Source of the DNA: Candidatus Multivorans sp.
GTDB lineage: Bacteria; Acidobacteriota; Thermoanaerobaculia; Multivoradales; Multivoraceae
Length of the DNA: 64,000 nt
Reading direction: 5' to 3'
Assembly (NCBI GenBank): GCA_965205295.1
Contig: OZ242167.1
Location: 4,618,048-4,682,047 of the forward strand
Both the position numbers and the translations under genes were made by a program. Shown here one piece after another: positions 24,158 to 34,602 of this stretch (its first letter is position 1; every line of letters begins with the position of its first letter). The notes under the pieces were generated by a model. It was not told the DNA's origin, made no database searches, and saw only the letters and a program-made list of their open reading frames with translations.

Positions 24158-24957
24158 CGGCCGCACTCACTTCCGTACGTCGCTGCGGCCGGCGGACTGA
24201 GCGCTACACGGGCAACCTCCGGACAAGCGAGCGGCGGTCGTTGAGCCGCTGGCGGCAGCCGCCGCACTGACCACGCTCGGCACGTTCTTGCACCTTGCGG
24301 TTCTTCGCGTCCCGCGGCTCGCTACGGCTCGCAGCTATTGGCGAATGCCGTGACGTCGGTGATCGCGGGGGCCGGGGCGCCAGGCTCGTTCAGGTACTCC
24401 CGCATCTCGCCGGTCAGGGTGTCCATCACCTCGATCCGGTAGCCGAGGTCCGTTGTGGCAGCGCCGAACACCCAGATGCGACCGTTCACATCACAGCCGT
24501 CCAGGACCTTGATCAGCGTTTCCCAGTTCTGGCTGTCGAAGAACCAGAACATCCCGGAGTCGTTGGTGCCCCCCCGGACGACGTTGCCCATGCCCGTGCC
24601 GCCGTCCGGCGCCGACCAGTGAGTGCGCACCGCGAAGCGGGAGTGCCGCAGGCAGAGCGTCTCCCGATTTGCCGTACAGGTCCCGGCCGGGATGCTCGCC
24701 TCGACCAGAAACGTCCGTGAGGCGGTTGACTCCTTGTTGCCGCCGGCGACGGTGAGCGTCACTGTGTAGAAGCCGGGCTCGCCCCAGGCGCGGCTGGCGG
24801 TGGTGGAAGTCGCGCTGCGGTCGTCGCCGAAGCTCCAGCGGCGTGTGCGCACCGCCCCGGTGCTGGTGTCGAAGAATCGGACGGCCTCGCCGGTCAGCGC
24901 CCGGCAGAGGTCGTCGGGACAGTCGACGTCGACGGTGAAGGACGCCTTCAACGGGCC

Positions 24958-24990
24958 GGGTTCGGGTTCAGGCTCGGGATCAGGCTCCGG
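24958..24990 (-). repeat. (GGYTCR)n microsatellite encoding a short (PE/PD)n linker, paralog E
   Basis: gggttcgggttcaggctcgggatcaggctccgg encodes PEPDPEPEPEP. Confidence 0.75.
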
Positions 24991-25071
24991 CGGAGGTGGC
25001 GGAGGCGGCGGTGACGGCGGTCCTGTGGATGGCGGGTTTGACGGCGGCGGGTCTGGTGTTGGCAGGTCTGG

Positions 25072-28000
25072 CGTGGTGGCGGAGGCGCCGCTCGACGGGG
25101 GCCCCGTGCCGGCGGAGTTGATGGCCGAGACCCGGCAGTGGCGGGTCTGGCCGGGCTGCAGGCCGGTGGCGCTGTGGGAGGTGGTCGCGCTGCCCGTGTT
25201 CGCCACGAGATCGGTCCAGGGGGCGTTGCCGTCTGCGGACCACTCGATCTTGTAGCCGGTGATGTCCGCGCCGCCGTCGTTCGCGGGGGCGGTCCATAGC
25301 AGGTCGATCCGGGTGGGCCCGCTTGCCGTCGCCGAGAGCGACGTGGGAGCGTCCGGGGCGACCGCATCGGTGGTGGCGGAGGCGCCGCTCGACGGGGCGC
25401 CCGTGGCGGCGGAGTTGATGGCCGAGACCCGGTAGTGGCGGGTCTGGCCGGGCTGCAGGCCGGTGTCGCTGTAGGAGGTGGTCGTGTTGCTCGTGTTCGC
25501 CACGACATCGGTCCAGGGGGCGTTGCCGTCGGCGGACCACTCGATCTTGTAGCCGGTGATGGTCTGGCCGCCGTTGTTCGCGGGGGCGGTCCATTGCAGG
25601 TCGATCCGGGTGGTCCCGCTTGCCGTCGCCGAGAGCGATGTGGGAGCGTCCGGGGCGTTCGCCGCGGTGGTGGCGGAGGCGCCGCTCGACGAGGCGCCCG
25701 TGCCGGTGGAGTTGATCGCCGAGACCCTGTAGTGGCGGGTCTGGCCAGGCTGCAGGCCGGTGTCGCTGTGGGAGGTGGTCGTGCTGCCCGTGTCGGCCAC
25801 GAGGTCGGTCCAAGGGGCGTTGCCGTCGGCGGACCACTCGATCCTGTAGCCGGTGATGTCCGCGCCGCCGTCGTTCGCGGGGGCGGTCCATTGCAGGTCG
25901 ATCCGGGTGTTCCCGCTTGCCGTCGCCGAAAGCGACGTGGGAGCGTCCGGGGCGTTCGCATCGGTGGTTGCGGAGGCGGCGCTCGACGGGGCGCCCGTGC
26001 CGGCGGAGTTGATGGCCGAGACCTGGTAGTGGCGGGTCTGGCCGGGCTGCAGGCCGGTGTTGTTGTAGGTGGTGGTGGTGCTGCCGGTGTCGGCCACGAG
26101 CTCGTTCCAGGGGGCGTTGCCGTCGGCGGACCACTCGATGGTGTAGCCGGTGATGTCCCCGCCGCCGTCGTCCGCGGGTGCGGTCCATTGCAGGTCGATC
26201 CGGGTGTTCCCGTTTGCCGTCGCCGAGAGCGACGTGGGAGCGTCCGGGGCGTTCGCATCGGTGGTTGCGGAGGCGCCGCTCGACGGGGCGCCCGTGGCGG
26301 CGGAGTTGATGGCCGAGACCTGGTAGTGGCGGGTCTGGCCGGGCTGCAGGCCGGTGTTGTTGTAGGTGGTGGTGGTGCTGCCGGTGTCGGCCACGAGCTC
26401 GGTCCAGGGGGCGTTGCCGTCGACGGACCACTCGATCCTGTAGCCGGTGATATCAGCGCCGCCGTCGTCCGCGGGGGCTGTCCAGCTCAGGTCGATCCGG
26501 GTGTTCCCGCTTGCCGTCGCCGAGAGCGACGTGGGAGCGTCCGGGGCGTCCGCATCGGTGGTTGTGGAGGCGGCGCTCGACGGGGCGCCCGTGCCGGTGG
26601 AGTTGATCGCCGAGACCCGGTAGTGGCGGGTGTCGCCGGGCTGCAGGCCGATGTCGCTGTAGGAGGTGATCGCGCTGCCCGTGTTCGCCGCGACATCGTT
26701 CCAGGGGGCGTTGCCGTCGGCGGACCACTCGATCTTGTAGCCGGTGATGCTCGCGCCGCCGTCGTTCGCGGGGGCTGTCCAGCTCAGGTCGACCTGGGTG
26801 GTCCCGCTTGCCGCCGCCGAGAGCGACGTGGGAGCGTCCGGGGCGTTCGCATCGGTGGTTGCGGAGGCGGCGCTCGACGGGGAGCTCGTGCCGCCTGAGT
26901 TGATGGCCGAGACCTGGTAGTGGCGGGTCTGGCCGGGCTCCAGGTTGGCGTTGTTGTAGGTGGTGGTGGTGCTGCCGGTGTCGGCCACGAGCTCGGTCCA
27001 GGGGGCGTTGCCGTCGGCGGACCACTCGATCTTGTAGCCGGTGATGTCCGCGCCGCCGTCGTTCGCGGGGGCGGTCCAGCTCAGGTCGATCCGGGTGGTC
27101 CCGTTTGCCGCCGCCGAGAGCGACGTGGGAGCGTCCGGGGCGTTCGCAGCGGTGGTTGCGGAGGCGGCGCTCGACGGGGAGCTCGTGCCGCCTGAGTTGA
27201 TGGCCGAGACCTGGTAGTGGCGGGTCTGGCCGGGCTCCAGGTTGGCGTTGCTGTAGGAGGTGGCCGTGCTGCCCGTGTCGGCCACGAGCTCGTTCCAGGG
27301 GGCGTTGCCGTCGGCGGACCACTCGATCCTGTAGCCGCTGATGTCCCCGCCGCCGTTGTTCGCGGGGGCGGTCCATTGCAGGTCGATCTGGGTGTTCCCG
27401 TTTGCCGTCGCCGAGAGCGACGTGGGAGCGTCCGGGGCGTCCGCATCGGTGGTTGTGGAGGCGGCGCTCGACGGGGCGCCCGTGCCGGCGGAGTTGATGG
27501 CCGAGACCTGGTAGTGGCGGGTCTGGCCGGGCTCCAGGCCGGTGTTGTTGTAGGTGGTGGTGGTGCTGCCGGTGTCGGCCACGAGCTCGGTCCAGGGGGC
27601 GTTGCCGTCGGCGGACCACTCGATCTTGTAGCCGGTGATGCTCGCGCCGCCGTCGTCCGCGGGGGCGGTCCAGCTCAGGTCGATCCGGGTGGTCCCGTTT
27701 GCCGTCGCCGAAAGCGACGTGGGAGCGTCCGGGGCGTTCGCATCGGTGGTTGCGGAGGCGGCGCTCGACGGGGCGCCCGTGCCGGCGGAGTTGATGGCCG
27801 AGACCTGGTAGTGGCGGGTCTGGCCGGGCTGCAGGCCGGTGTTGTTGTAGGTGGTGGTGGTGCTGCCGGTGTCGGCCACGAGCTCGTTCCAGGGGGCGTT
27901 GCCGTCGGCGGACCACTCGATGGTGTAGCCGGTGATGACCCCGCCGCCGTCGTCCGCGGGTGCGGTCCAGCTCAGGTCGATCCGGGTGGTCCCGTTTGCC

Positions 28001-31000
28001 GTCGCCGAGAGCGACGTGGGAGCGTCCGGGGCGTTCGCATCGGTGGTTGTGGAGGCGGCGCTCGACGGGGCGCCCGTGCCGGCGGAGTTGATGGCCGAGA
28101 CCTGGTAGTGGCGGGTCTGGCCGGGCTGCAGGCCGGTGTTGTTGTAGGTGGTGGTGGTGCTGCCGGTGTCGGCCACGAGCTCGGTCCAGGGGGCGTTGCC
28201 GTCGACGGACCACTCGATCTTGTAGCCGGCGATGTCCGCGCCGCCGTCGTCCGCGGGTGCGGTCCAGCTCAGGTCGATCCGGGTGGTCCCGCTTGCCGTC
28301 GCCGAGAGCGACGTGGGAGCGTCCGGGGCGTTCGCATCGGTGGTTGCGGCGGCGGCGCTCGACGGGGCGCTCGTGCCGCCTGAGTTGATGGCCGAGACCT
28401 GGTAGTGGCGGGTCTGGCCGGGCTCCAGGTTGGCGTTGCTGTAGGAGGTGGCCGTGCTGCCCGTGTCGGCCACGAGCTCGTTCCAGGGGGTGTTGCCGTC
28501 GGCGGACCACTCGATCTTGTAGCCGCTGATGTCCCCGCCGCCGTTGTTCGCGGGGGCGGTCCATTGCAGGTCGATCCGGGTGTTCCCGTTTGCGGTCGCC
28601 GAGAGCGACGTGGGAGCGTCCGGGGCGTCCGCATCGGTGGTTGCGGAGGCGACGCTCGACGAGGCGCCCGTGCCGGCGGAGTTGATGGCCGAGACCCTGT
28701 AGTGGCGGGTCTGGGCGGGCTGCAGGCCGGTGTCGCTGTGGGAGGTGGTCGTGCTGCCCGTGTCGGCCACGAGCTCGGCCCAGGGGGCGTTGCCGTCGGC
28801 GGACCACTCGATCTTGTAGCCGGTGATGCTCGCGCCGCCGTCGTTCGCGGGGGCGGTCCAGTTCAGGTCGATCCGGGTGGTCCCGCTTGCCGCCGCCGAG
28901 AGCGACGTGGGAGCGTCCGGGGCGTTCGCAGCGGTGGTTGCGGAGGCGCCGCTCGACGGGGAGCTCGTGCCGCCTGAGTTGATGGCCGAGACCTGGTAGT
29001 GGCGGGTCTGGCCGGGCTCCAGGTTGGCGTTGCTGTAGGAGGTGGCCGTGCTGCCCGTGTCGGCCACGAGCTCGTTCCAGGGGGTGTTGCCGTCGGCGGA
29101 CCACTCGATCCTGTAGCCGGTGATATCAGCGCCGCCGTCGTCCGCGGGTGCGGTCCAGCTCAGGTCGATCCGGGTGGTCCCGTTTGCCGCCGCCGAGAGC
29201 GACGTGGGAGCGTCCGGGGCGGCCGCATCGGTGGTTGCGGAGGCGGCGCTCGACGGGGTGCCCGTGCCGGCGGAGTTGATGGCCGAGACCCTGTAGTGGC
29301 GGGTCTGGGCGGGCTGCAGGCCGGTGTCGCTGTGGGAGGTGGTCGTGCTGCCCGTGTCGGCCACGAGATCGTTCCAGGGGGCGTTGCCGTCGGCGGACCA
29401 CTCGATCTTGTAGCCGGTGATGTTCTCGCCGCCGTCGTCCGCGGGGTGCGGTCCAGCTGCAGGTCGATCCGGGTGGTCCCGCTTGCCGTCGCCGAGAGCG
29501 ACGTGGGAGCGTCCGGGGCGGTGGCTTGCGCATCGGTGGTTGCGGAGGCGACGCTCGACGGGACGCCCGTGCCGGCGGAGTTGGTGGCCGAGACCCGGTA
29601 GTGGCGGGTCTGGGCGGGCTGCAGGCCGGTGTCGCTGTGGGAGGTGGTCGTGCTGCCTGTGTCGGCCACGAGATCGGCCCAGGGGGCGTTGCCGTCGGCG
29701 GACCACTCGATCCCGTAGCCGGTGATGTTCGTGCCGCCGTTGTTCGCGGGGGCGGTCCATTGCAGGTCGATCTGGGTGGTCCCGCTTGCCGTCGCCGACA
29801 GCGACGTGGGAGCGTCCGGGGCGACCGCATCGGTGGTTGCGGAGGCGACGCTCGACGGGGCGCCCGTGGAGGTGGAATTGATGGCCGAGACCCTGTAGTG
29901 GCGGGTCTGGCCGGGCCGCAGGCCGCTGTTGCTGTAGGTGGTGGTGGTGCTGCCGGTGTCGGCCACGAGCTCGTTCCAGAGGGCGTTGCCGTCGGCGGAC
30001 CACTCGATCTTGTAGCCGGTGATGGCCCCGCCGCCGTCGTCCGCGGGTGCGGTCCAGCTCAGGTCGATCCGGGTGGTCCCGTTTGCCGCCGCCGAGAGCG
30101 ACGTGGGAGCGTCCGGGGCGGCCGCATCGGTGGTTGCGGAGGCGGCGCTCGACGGGGTGCCCGTGCCGGCGGAGTTGATGGCCGAGACCCTGTAGTGGCG
30201 GGTCTGGGCGGGCTGCAGGCCGGTGTCGCTGTGGGAGGTGGTCGTGCTGCCCGTGTCGGCCACGAGATCGTTCCAGGGGGCGTTGCCGTCGGCGGACCAC
30301 TCGATCTTGTAGCCGGTGATGTTCTCGCCGCCGTCGTCCGCGGGTGCGGTCCATTGCAGGTCGATCCGGGTGGTCCCGCTTGCCGTCGCCGAGAGCGACG
30401 TGGGAGCGTCCGGGGCGGTGGCTTGCGCAGCGGTGGTGGCGGAGGCGACGCTCGACGGGACGCCCGTGCCGGCGGAGTTGGTGGCCGAGACCCGGTAGTG
30501 GCGGGTCTGGGCGGGCTGCAGGCCGGTGTCGCTGTGGGAGGTGGTCGTGCTGCCTGTGTCGGCCACGAGATCGGCCCAGGGGGCGTTGCCGTCGGCGGAC
30601 CACTCGATCCCGTAGCCGGTGATGTTCGTGCCGCCGTTGTTCGCGGGGGCGGTCCATTGCAGGTCGATCTGGGTGGTCCCGCTTGCCGTCGCCGACAGCG
30701 ACGTGGGAGCGTCCGGGGCGACCGCATCGGTGGTTGCGGAGGCGACGCTCGACGGGGCGCCCGTGGAGGTGGAATTGATGGCCGAGACCCTGTAGTGGCG
30801 GGTCTGGCCGGGCCGCAGGCCGCTGTTGCTGTAGGTGGTGGTGGTGCTGCCGGTGTCGGCCACGAGCTCGTTCCAGAGGGCGTTGCCGTCGGCGGACCAC
30901 TCGATCTTGTAGCCGGTGATGGCCCCGCCGCCGTCGTCCGCGGGTGCGGTCCAGCTCAGGTCGATCCGGGTGGTCCCGTTTGCCGTCGCCGAGAGCGACG

Positions 31001-31015
31001 TGGGAGCGGCCGGGG
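25072..31015 (-). repeat. Coding tandem repeat array, about 20 units of 297 bp (FN3 modules), paralog E. It contains a near-perfect ~0.9 kb (3-unit) duplication at about 29.14-30.04 and 30.04-30.94 kb
   Basis: 5944 bp divided by 297 is 20.0. Position 29161 onward matches 30060 onward (offset 899 = 897 + the 2 extra nt), with only a few mismatches seen. Confidence 0.85.
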
Positions 31016-32603
31016 GGGCGACGGTGTTGGATTTGAGGTGGCCGTTGATGGCGATCAGCAGGGAATGAGTGGTGGCGTTCATCCACACTGTCCCGTCCCC
31101 GTCCTCCGGCGTTTGCAGGTAGCGGTCCGCCACTCTCCACCCGGGCTCGCCCGTTTGGTCGTTGCTTGCATTTATTGCGGCGTTCCAACCGTAGTCACCT
31201 TTGTCGATTCTCAGAAAGTAGCCCGTCTCCGCAACGAGCGTGATCCCCGACGGCGCCGTGTAACTTATGTTCGTGTAGGTCCCCGTGGTTCCCTCCAGGC
31301 TTCCGGTAGGCGCTTCGAGCGTTGCCGTGACCGTTCCGTTGGGGCTGCTGCCGCTGATTATCTTCACGGTCGGATAGGTCCTTGAGCCGGCGTTGAGCCG
31401 GACCCTGATCTCGGCGCCGCTCAGTGTGTAGCCGAGGGCGTTGGTGCCGGCCTTGAAACCTTGCGCTATGCCGCGAGTGGCAAAAGAAATAGAACGGCCA
31501 TCACCCTCATTGGTATTGAAGACAAGCGGGCTGAACGTGGGAGTGGTGGCGAAGGCGACGTTCGACGGGGGGCCCGTGCCGACGGAGTTGATAGCCGAAA
31601 CCCTGTAGTGGCGGGTCTGGTTGCGCTGCAGGCCGGTGTCGCTGTAGGTGGTGTCCCTGCTGCCCGTGCTGGCCACGAGCTCGTTCCAGGGGGCGTTGCC
31701 GTCGGCGGACCACTCGATCTTGTAGCCGGTGATGGTACGGCCGCCGTCGTTCGCGGGGGCGGTCCAGCTCAGGTCGATCCCGGTGGTCCTGCTTGCCGTC
31801 GCCGAGAGCGACGTGGGAGCGTCCGGGGGGCCCGGAGGGGTGGCGATCTTGCCCTTGACGGCGATTACGGCGGAATTTCCGTTCGCATTGTCAAACCACG
31901 TTTGCGCGGTGTTTTCGGTGGTCTGCTTGGCGGCGTTCGCCAAGCTCCACCCCGACAAGCCCGTGTCACTGTCGGAGGCAGCGAGCCTGACGGCCGTGTT
32001 GTCGTTGTCGTGTTTTTTCCACCTCACATAGTAGGTCGTCGTTGGAAGGAGTGTGATCACCGTCGGCGGCGTGTAAGTGGCGTTGACAGTAGAGAAAGTG
32101 CTGCCGGGAGCCCGCGGAAACGGGTTGGGCGGCGAGAGCGTCACCACGACAGTCCCGTCTGGGGCGCCCTGGACGATGTCCACGGGCGGTACGGTTGGGT
32201 TCGAGTTGACGGTGAGCTTCATCGTGACCTCGCGCAGTTCGTAGCCCGAGGTTTCGCTGCCGGTCGTGAAACCTTGCGCAACGCTCCGGGTGCCCATTGA
32301 CAGATGTGTGGTGTCAGTCTCCGAGGTATTGGAGACAAGCGTGATTGTCTGTGCGACTGCCGGCAGCGTGAAGAGGGCGACGACCGCCGGCGCCGCGAGC
32401 GCGGCGAGCCTGGGGGTGGAGAGGCGACGGCAGGGCACTCGGCCAGCCACCGTCTTGGTGGGGGGGCTAATAGACATCGCGGACTGCCACGCGGTAGTCA
32501 TCTGGTCAGAATGGCGGTCTTGGTCTCCAGGACCGGCACTCTGGGGCGTGTTTTTCCAGGTCCGGCACCTAGATGCTTGAACCATAGGCCCGGAGCAGGC
32601 CGC

Positions 32604-32624
32604 TGTCACCTACAGAATTGCGGG
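32604..32624 (-). promoter_or_regulatory. Family-conserved upstream element, copy E
   Basis: tgtcacctacagaattgcggg(g) lies 103-123 nt upstream of ATG 32501. Confidence 0.5.
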
Positions 32625-32729
32625 GATCCGAGACTCGCTCCTATACGTCGCTGCGGCCGTGGGACTGAGCGCTACACGGGCAACCTCCGGACAAGCGAGC
32701 GACGGTCGTTCTTCGCGTCCCGCGGCTCG

Positions 32730-34391
32730 CTACGGCTCGCAGCTATTGGCGAATGCCGTGACGTCGGTGAACGCGGGGGCCGGGGCGCCAGGCTCGTTCC
32801 GGTACTCGCGGATCTCGCCGGTCCCGGTGTCCGTCACCTCGATCCGGTAGCCGATGTCCGTTGTGGCAGCGCCGAACACCCAGACGCGACCGTTCACCTC
32901 ACAGCCGTCCAGGACCTTGATCAGTGTTTCCCAGTTCGCGGTGTCGAAGAACCAGAACATCCCGGAGTCGTTGGTGCCTTCCCGGACGACCGTGCCGTTG
33001 CCCGTCGTGCCGTCCGGCAGCCACCAGTCGATCCGGACCGCGAAGCGGGAGTGCCGCAGGCAGAGCGTCTCGCGGTCCGCCGTACAGGTCCCGGCCGGGT
33101 CGCTCGCCTCGACCAGGAACGTCCGTGAGGCGGTTGACTCCTCGTTGCCGCCGGCGACGGTGAGCGTCACTGGGTAGAAGCCGGGCTCGCCCCAGGCGCG
33201 GCTGGCGGTGGGGGAAGTCGCGCTGCGGTCGTCGCCGAAGCTCCAGCGGCGTGTGCGCACCGCCCCGGTGCTGGTGTCGAAGAATCGGACGGCATCGCCG
33301 GTCAGCGCCCGGCAGAGGTCGTCGGGACATTCGACATCGACGGTGAAGGACGCCTTCAACGGGCCGGGTTCGGGTTCGGGTTCGGGTTCGGGTTCGGGTT
33401 CGGGCTCGGGTTCGGGTTCGGGCTCGGGTTCAGGCTCGGGTTCAGGTGGCGGAGGCGACGTGGTAGGCGGTGATGGCGATCCTGTGGATGGCGGGTCTGG
33501 CGTCGGCGGGTCTGGCGGCGGCGGGTTCTCCGTGGTGGCGGAGGCGCCGCTCGACGGGGATCCCGTGCCGACCGAAGTGATGGCCGAGACCTGGTAGTGG
33601 CGCGTCGTTCCGGGCTGCAGGCCGCTGTTGCTGTAGGAGGTGTTCGCGTCGCCCGTGTCGGCTTCGAGCGCGGTCCAGGTGGCGTTGCCGTCGGCGGACC
33701 ACTCGAGTTTGTAGCCGGTGATGTCGGCGCCGCCATTGTCCGAAGGGGCGCTCCACGTCAGGTCGATCTGCGTGCTTCCGTTCGCGCTCGCGGTCAGCGA
33801 GGTGGGCGCATCCGGGGCGCTCGCGGAGGTGGTGAGCCTCGCGGCGCCCTTCACGGCCATCTCGTAGATCTTTCTGGCGTTGCTTTGCCACCCGCCCCCG
33901 GCTTCCCAACCATCGTCGTCGATGCTCCAGCCCGGTTCGCCGGTTTGTCCGGTGTATTTGGTACCGTAGATGTACGAAACCGTTTCGGATACGACTACGA
34001 AGTACTTGGTGTTCGGGAGGAGTACGGTTCCCCCGGGGGCCGCGAAGAAGTATGTTTCGATGACCCCGTCGTCGGCTTGCCAATCCGCGGGGCTTTCGAG
34101 GGTCGCGACGAGTGTTCCGTCGTACGAACCGCGGCGAATCTTCAACCACGGGGGGCGTCCGTCCCAGTCCTCGGGCAGAATGTCCCCGGGCTTGTGCCTC
34201 CGTGTCTTGAGCATGATCTCGACGCCGGCCAGGTCGTAGCCCAACTCGTTTCGGCCGGTCGTGAAGCCTTGCGCTTGCGAACCCACGGAGAATTGCCAGA
34301 ACGTGGTTGCTTCGGAAACGTTCTCGACAAGGGTGATCGTCTGGGTGGCGGCCGGCGACGCGAACAGCGAGGCGATCGCCGGCACCGCCAT
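32730..34391 (-). CDS. Secreted FN3/PKD/Cys-CTD family protein, paralog F (553 aa: N-module, 1 FN3, Pro-rich + long (PE)n linker, PKD, CTD)
   Basis: Intact ORF from ATG 34391 (MAVPAIASLFASPAATQ TITLVENVSE..AQGFTTGRNELGYDLAGVEI..). The frame stays open upstream and encodes an n-region-like ..RRRWAGRFSRRGALHLAT, but without an ATG, GTG or TTG. Confidence 0.8.
   Translation of the reverse strand: MAVPAIASLFASPAATQTITLVENVSEATTFWQFSVGSQAQGFTTGRNELGYDLAGVEIMLKTRRHKPGDILPEDWDGRPPWLKIRRGSYDGTLVATLESPADWQADDGVIETYFFAAPGGTVLLPNTKYFVVVSETVSYIYGTKYTGQTGEPGWSIDDDGWEAGGGWQSNARKIYEMAVKGAARLTTSASAPDAPTSLTASANGSTQIDLTWSAPSDNGGADITGYKLEWSADGNATWTALEADTGDANTSYSNSGLQPGTTRHYQVSAITSVGTGSPSSGASATTENPPPPDPPTPDPPSTGSPSPPTTSPPPPEPEPEPEPEPEPEPEPEPEPEPEPEPGPLKASFTVDVECPDDLCRALTGDAVRFFDTSTGAVRTRRWSFGDDRSATSPTASRAWGEPGFYPVTLTVAGGNEESTASRTFLVEASDPAGTCTADRETLCLRHSRFAVRIDWWLPDGTTGNGTVVREGTNDSGMFWFFDTANWETLIKVLDGCEVNGRVWVFGAATTDIGYRIEVTDTGTGEIREYRNEPGAPAPAFTDVTAFANSCEP
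33365..33447 (-). repeat. (GGYTCR)n microsatellite, about 14 units, encoding the (PE)n linker, paralog F
   Basis: gggttcgggttcgggttcgggttcgggttcgggctcggg... read directly. Confidence 0.85.
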
Positions 34392-34558
34392 GGTGGCGAG
34401 GTGAAGGGCGCCGCGCCGGCTGAACCGGCCCGCCCACCTGCGGCGCGATCGCGCGTTGGCAGTGCTGCCCTTGGCCGAGGGGGTGCTCGCCTGGGGAGGG
34501 AAACGAAGGGCCGAAGCAGGTTTCAGAAGGACGGAAGGCTACGAACGGCTTGACTCGC

Positions 34559-34580
34559 TGTCGCCTACAGGATTGCGGGG
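34559..34580 (-). promoter_or_regulatory. Family-conserved upstream element, copy F
   Basis: tgtcgcctacaggattgcgggg lies 168-189 nt upstream of ATG 34391. Confidence 0.5.
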
Positions 34581-34602
34581 CCGTCGCCGAAGACGCTTCC
34601 CG

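Larger units (their letters stand above)
24062..24321. repeat. 260-bp intergenic unit (copy 2 of 2)
   Basis: Near-identical to 21450-21709 and includes the copD-like relic at 24248-24292. Confidence 0.85.
24322..32501 (-). pseudogene. Giant FN3/PKD/Cys-CTD family gene, paralog E (~2725 codons if corrected: N-module, FN3, second N-module, 20 tandem FN3, Pro-rich/PE linker, PKD, CTD), interrupted by a net +2 indel near 29441-29462
   Basis: The span from the start (ATG 32501, MTTAWQSAMS..) to the stop is 8180 nt, which leaves remainder 2 when divided by 3. Track ORF 29160-32609 carries the true N-terminal part up to ..TRIDLQ. Track ORF 24322-31188 carries the true C-terminal part from ..DDGGENITGYKIEW onwards. 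This could be a real frameshift or a homopolymer/assembly error. Confidence 0.75.

Noticed and set aside
16397-31015. Possibility that the regular repeats are a CRISPR array
   Set aside because: The period is 297 bp with no unique spacers. The repeats are contiguous, in frame and encode FN3 modules. No cas genes are present.
16240-31385. Many plus-strand ORFs (e.g. 17952-19898, 25435-26898, 27217-28383, 29526-31385) and alternative minus frames (MVRRRQRPLERARG.., MRSPRTLPRRSRRRQ..) inside the FN3 arrays
   Set aside because: They are periodic Gly/Arg/Pro-rich shadow frames of the 297-bp FN3 repeats. Only one minus frame yields FN3 motifs, and it connects the signal peptide to the conserved C-terminal domain.
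10952-34391. Diversity-generating retroelement (DGR) targeting the paralog C-termini or FN3 modules
   Set aside because: No reverse transcriptase, template repeat or Avd-like gene occurs in the window. Differences between repeats are not obviously adenine-specific. The variation is better explained by duplication and gene conversion.
10952-34391. Known C-terminal sorting signals (PEP-CTERM, LPXTG, T9SS CTD, autotransporter barrel) on the FN3 paralogs
   Set aside because: The proteins end ..AFA(D/N/G)(S/G)CEP, with no hydrophobic/basic tail or sortase motif. The CTD does not look like a beta-barrel. The secretion or anchoring route therefore remains unknown rather than assigned.
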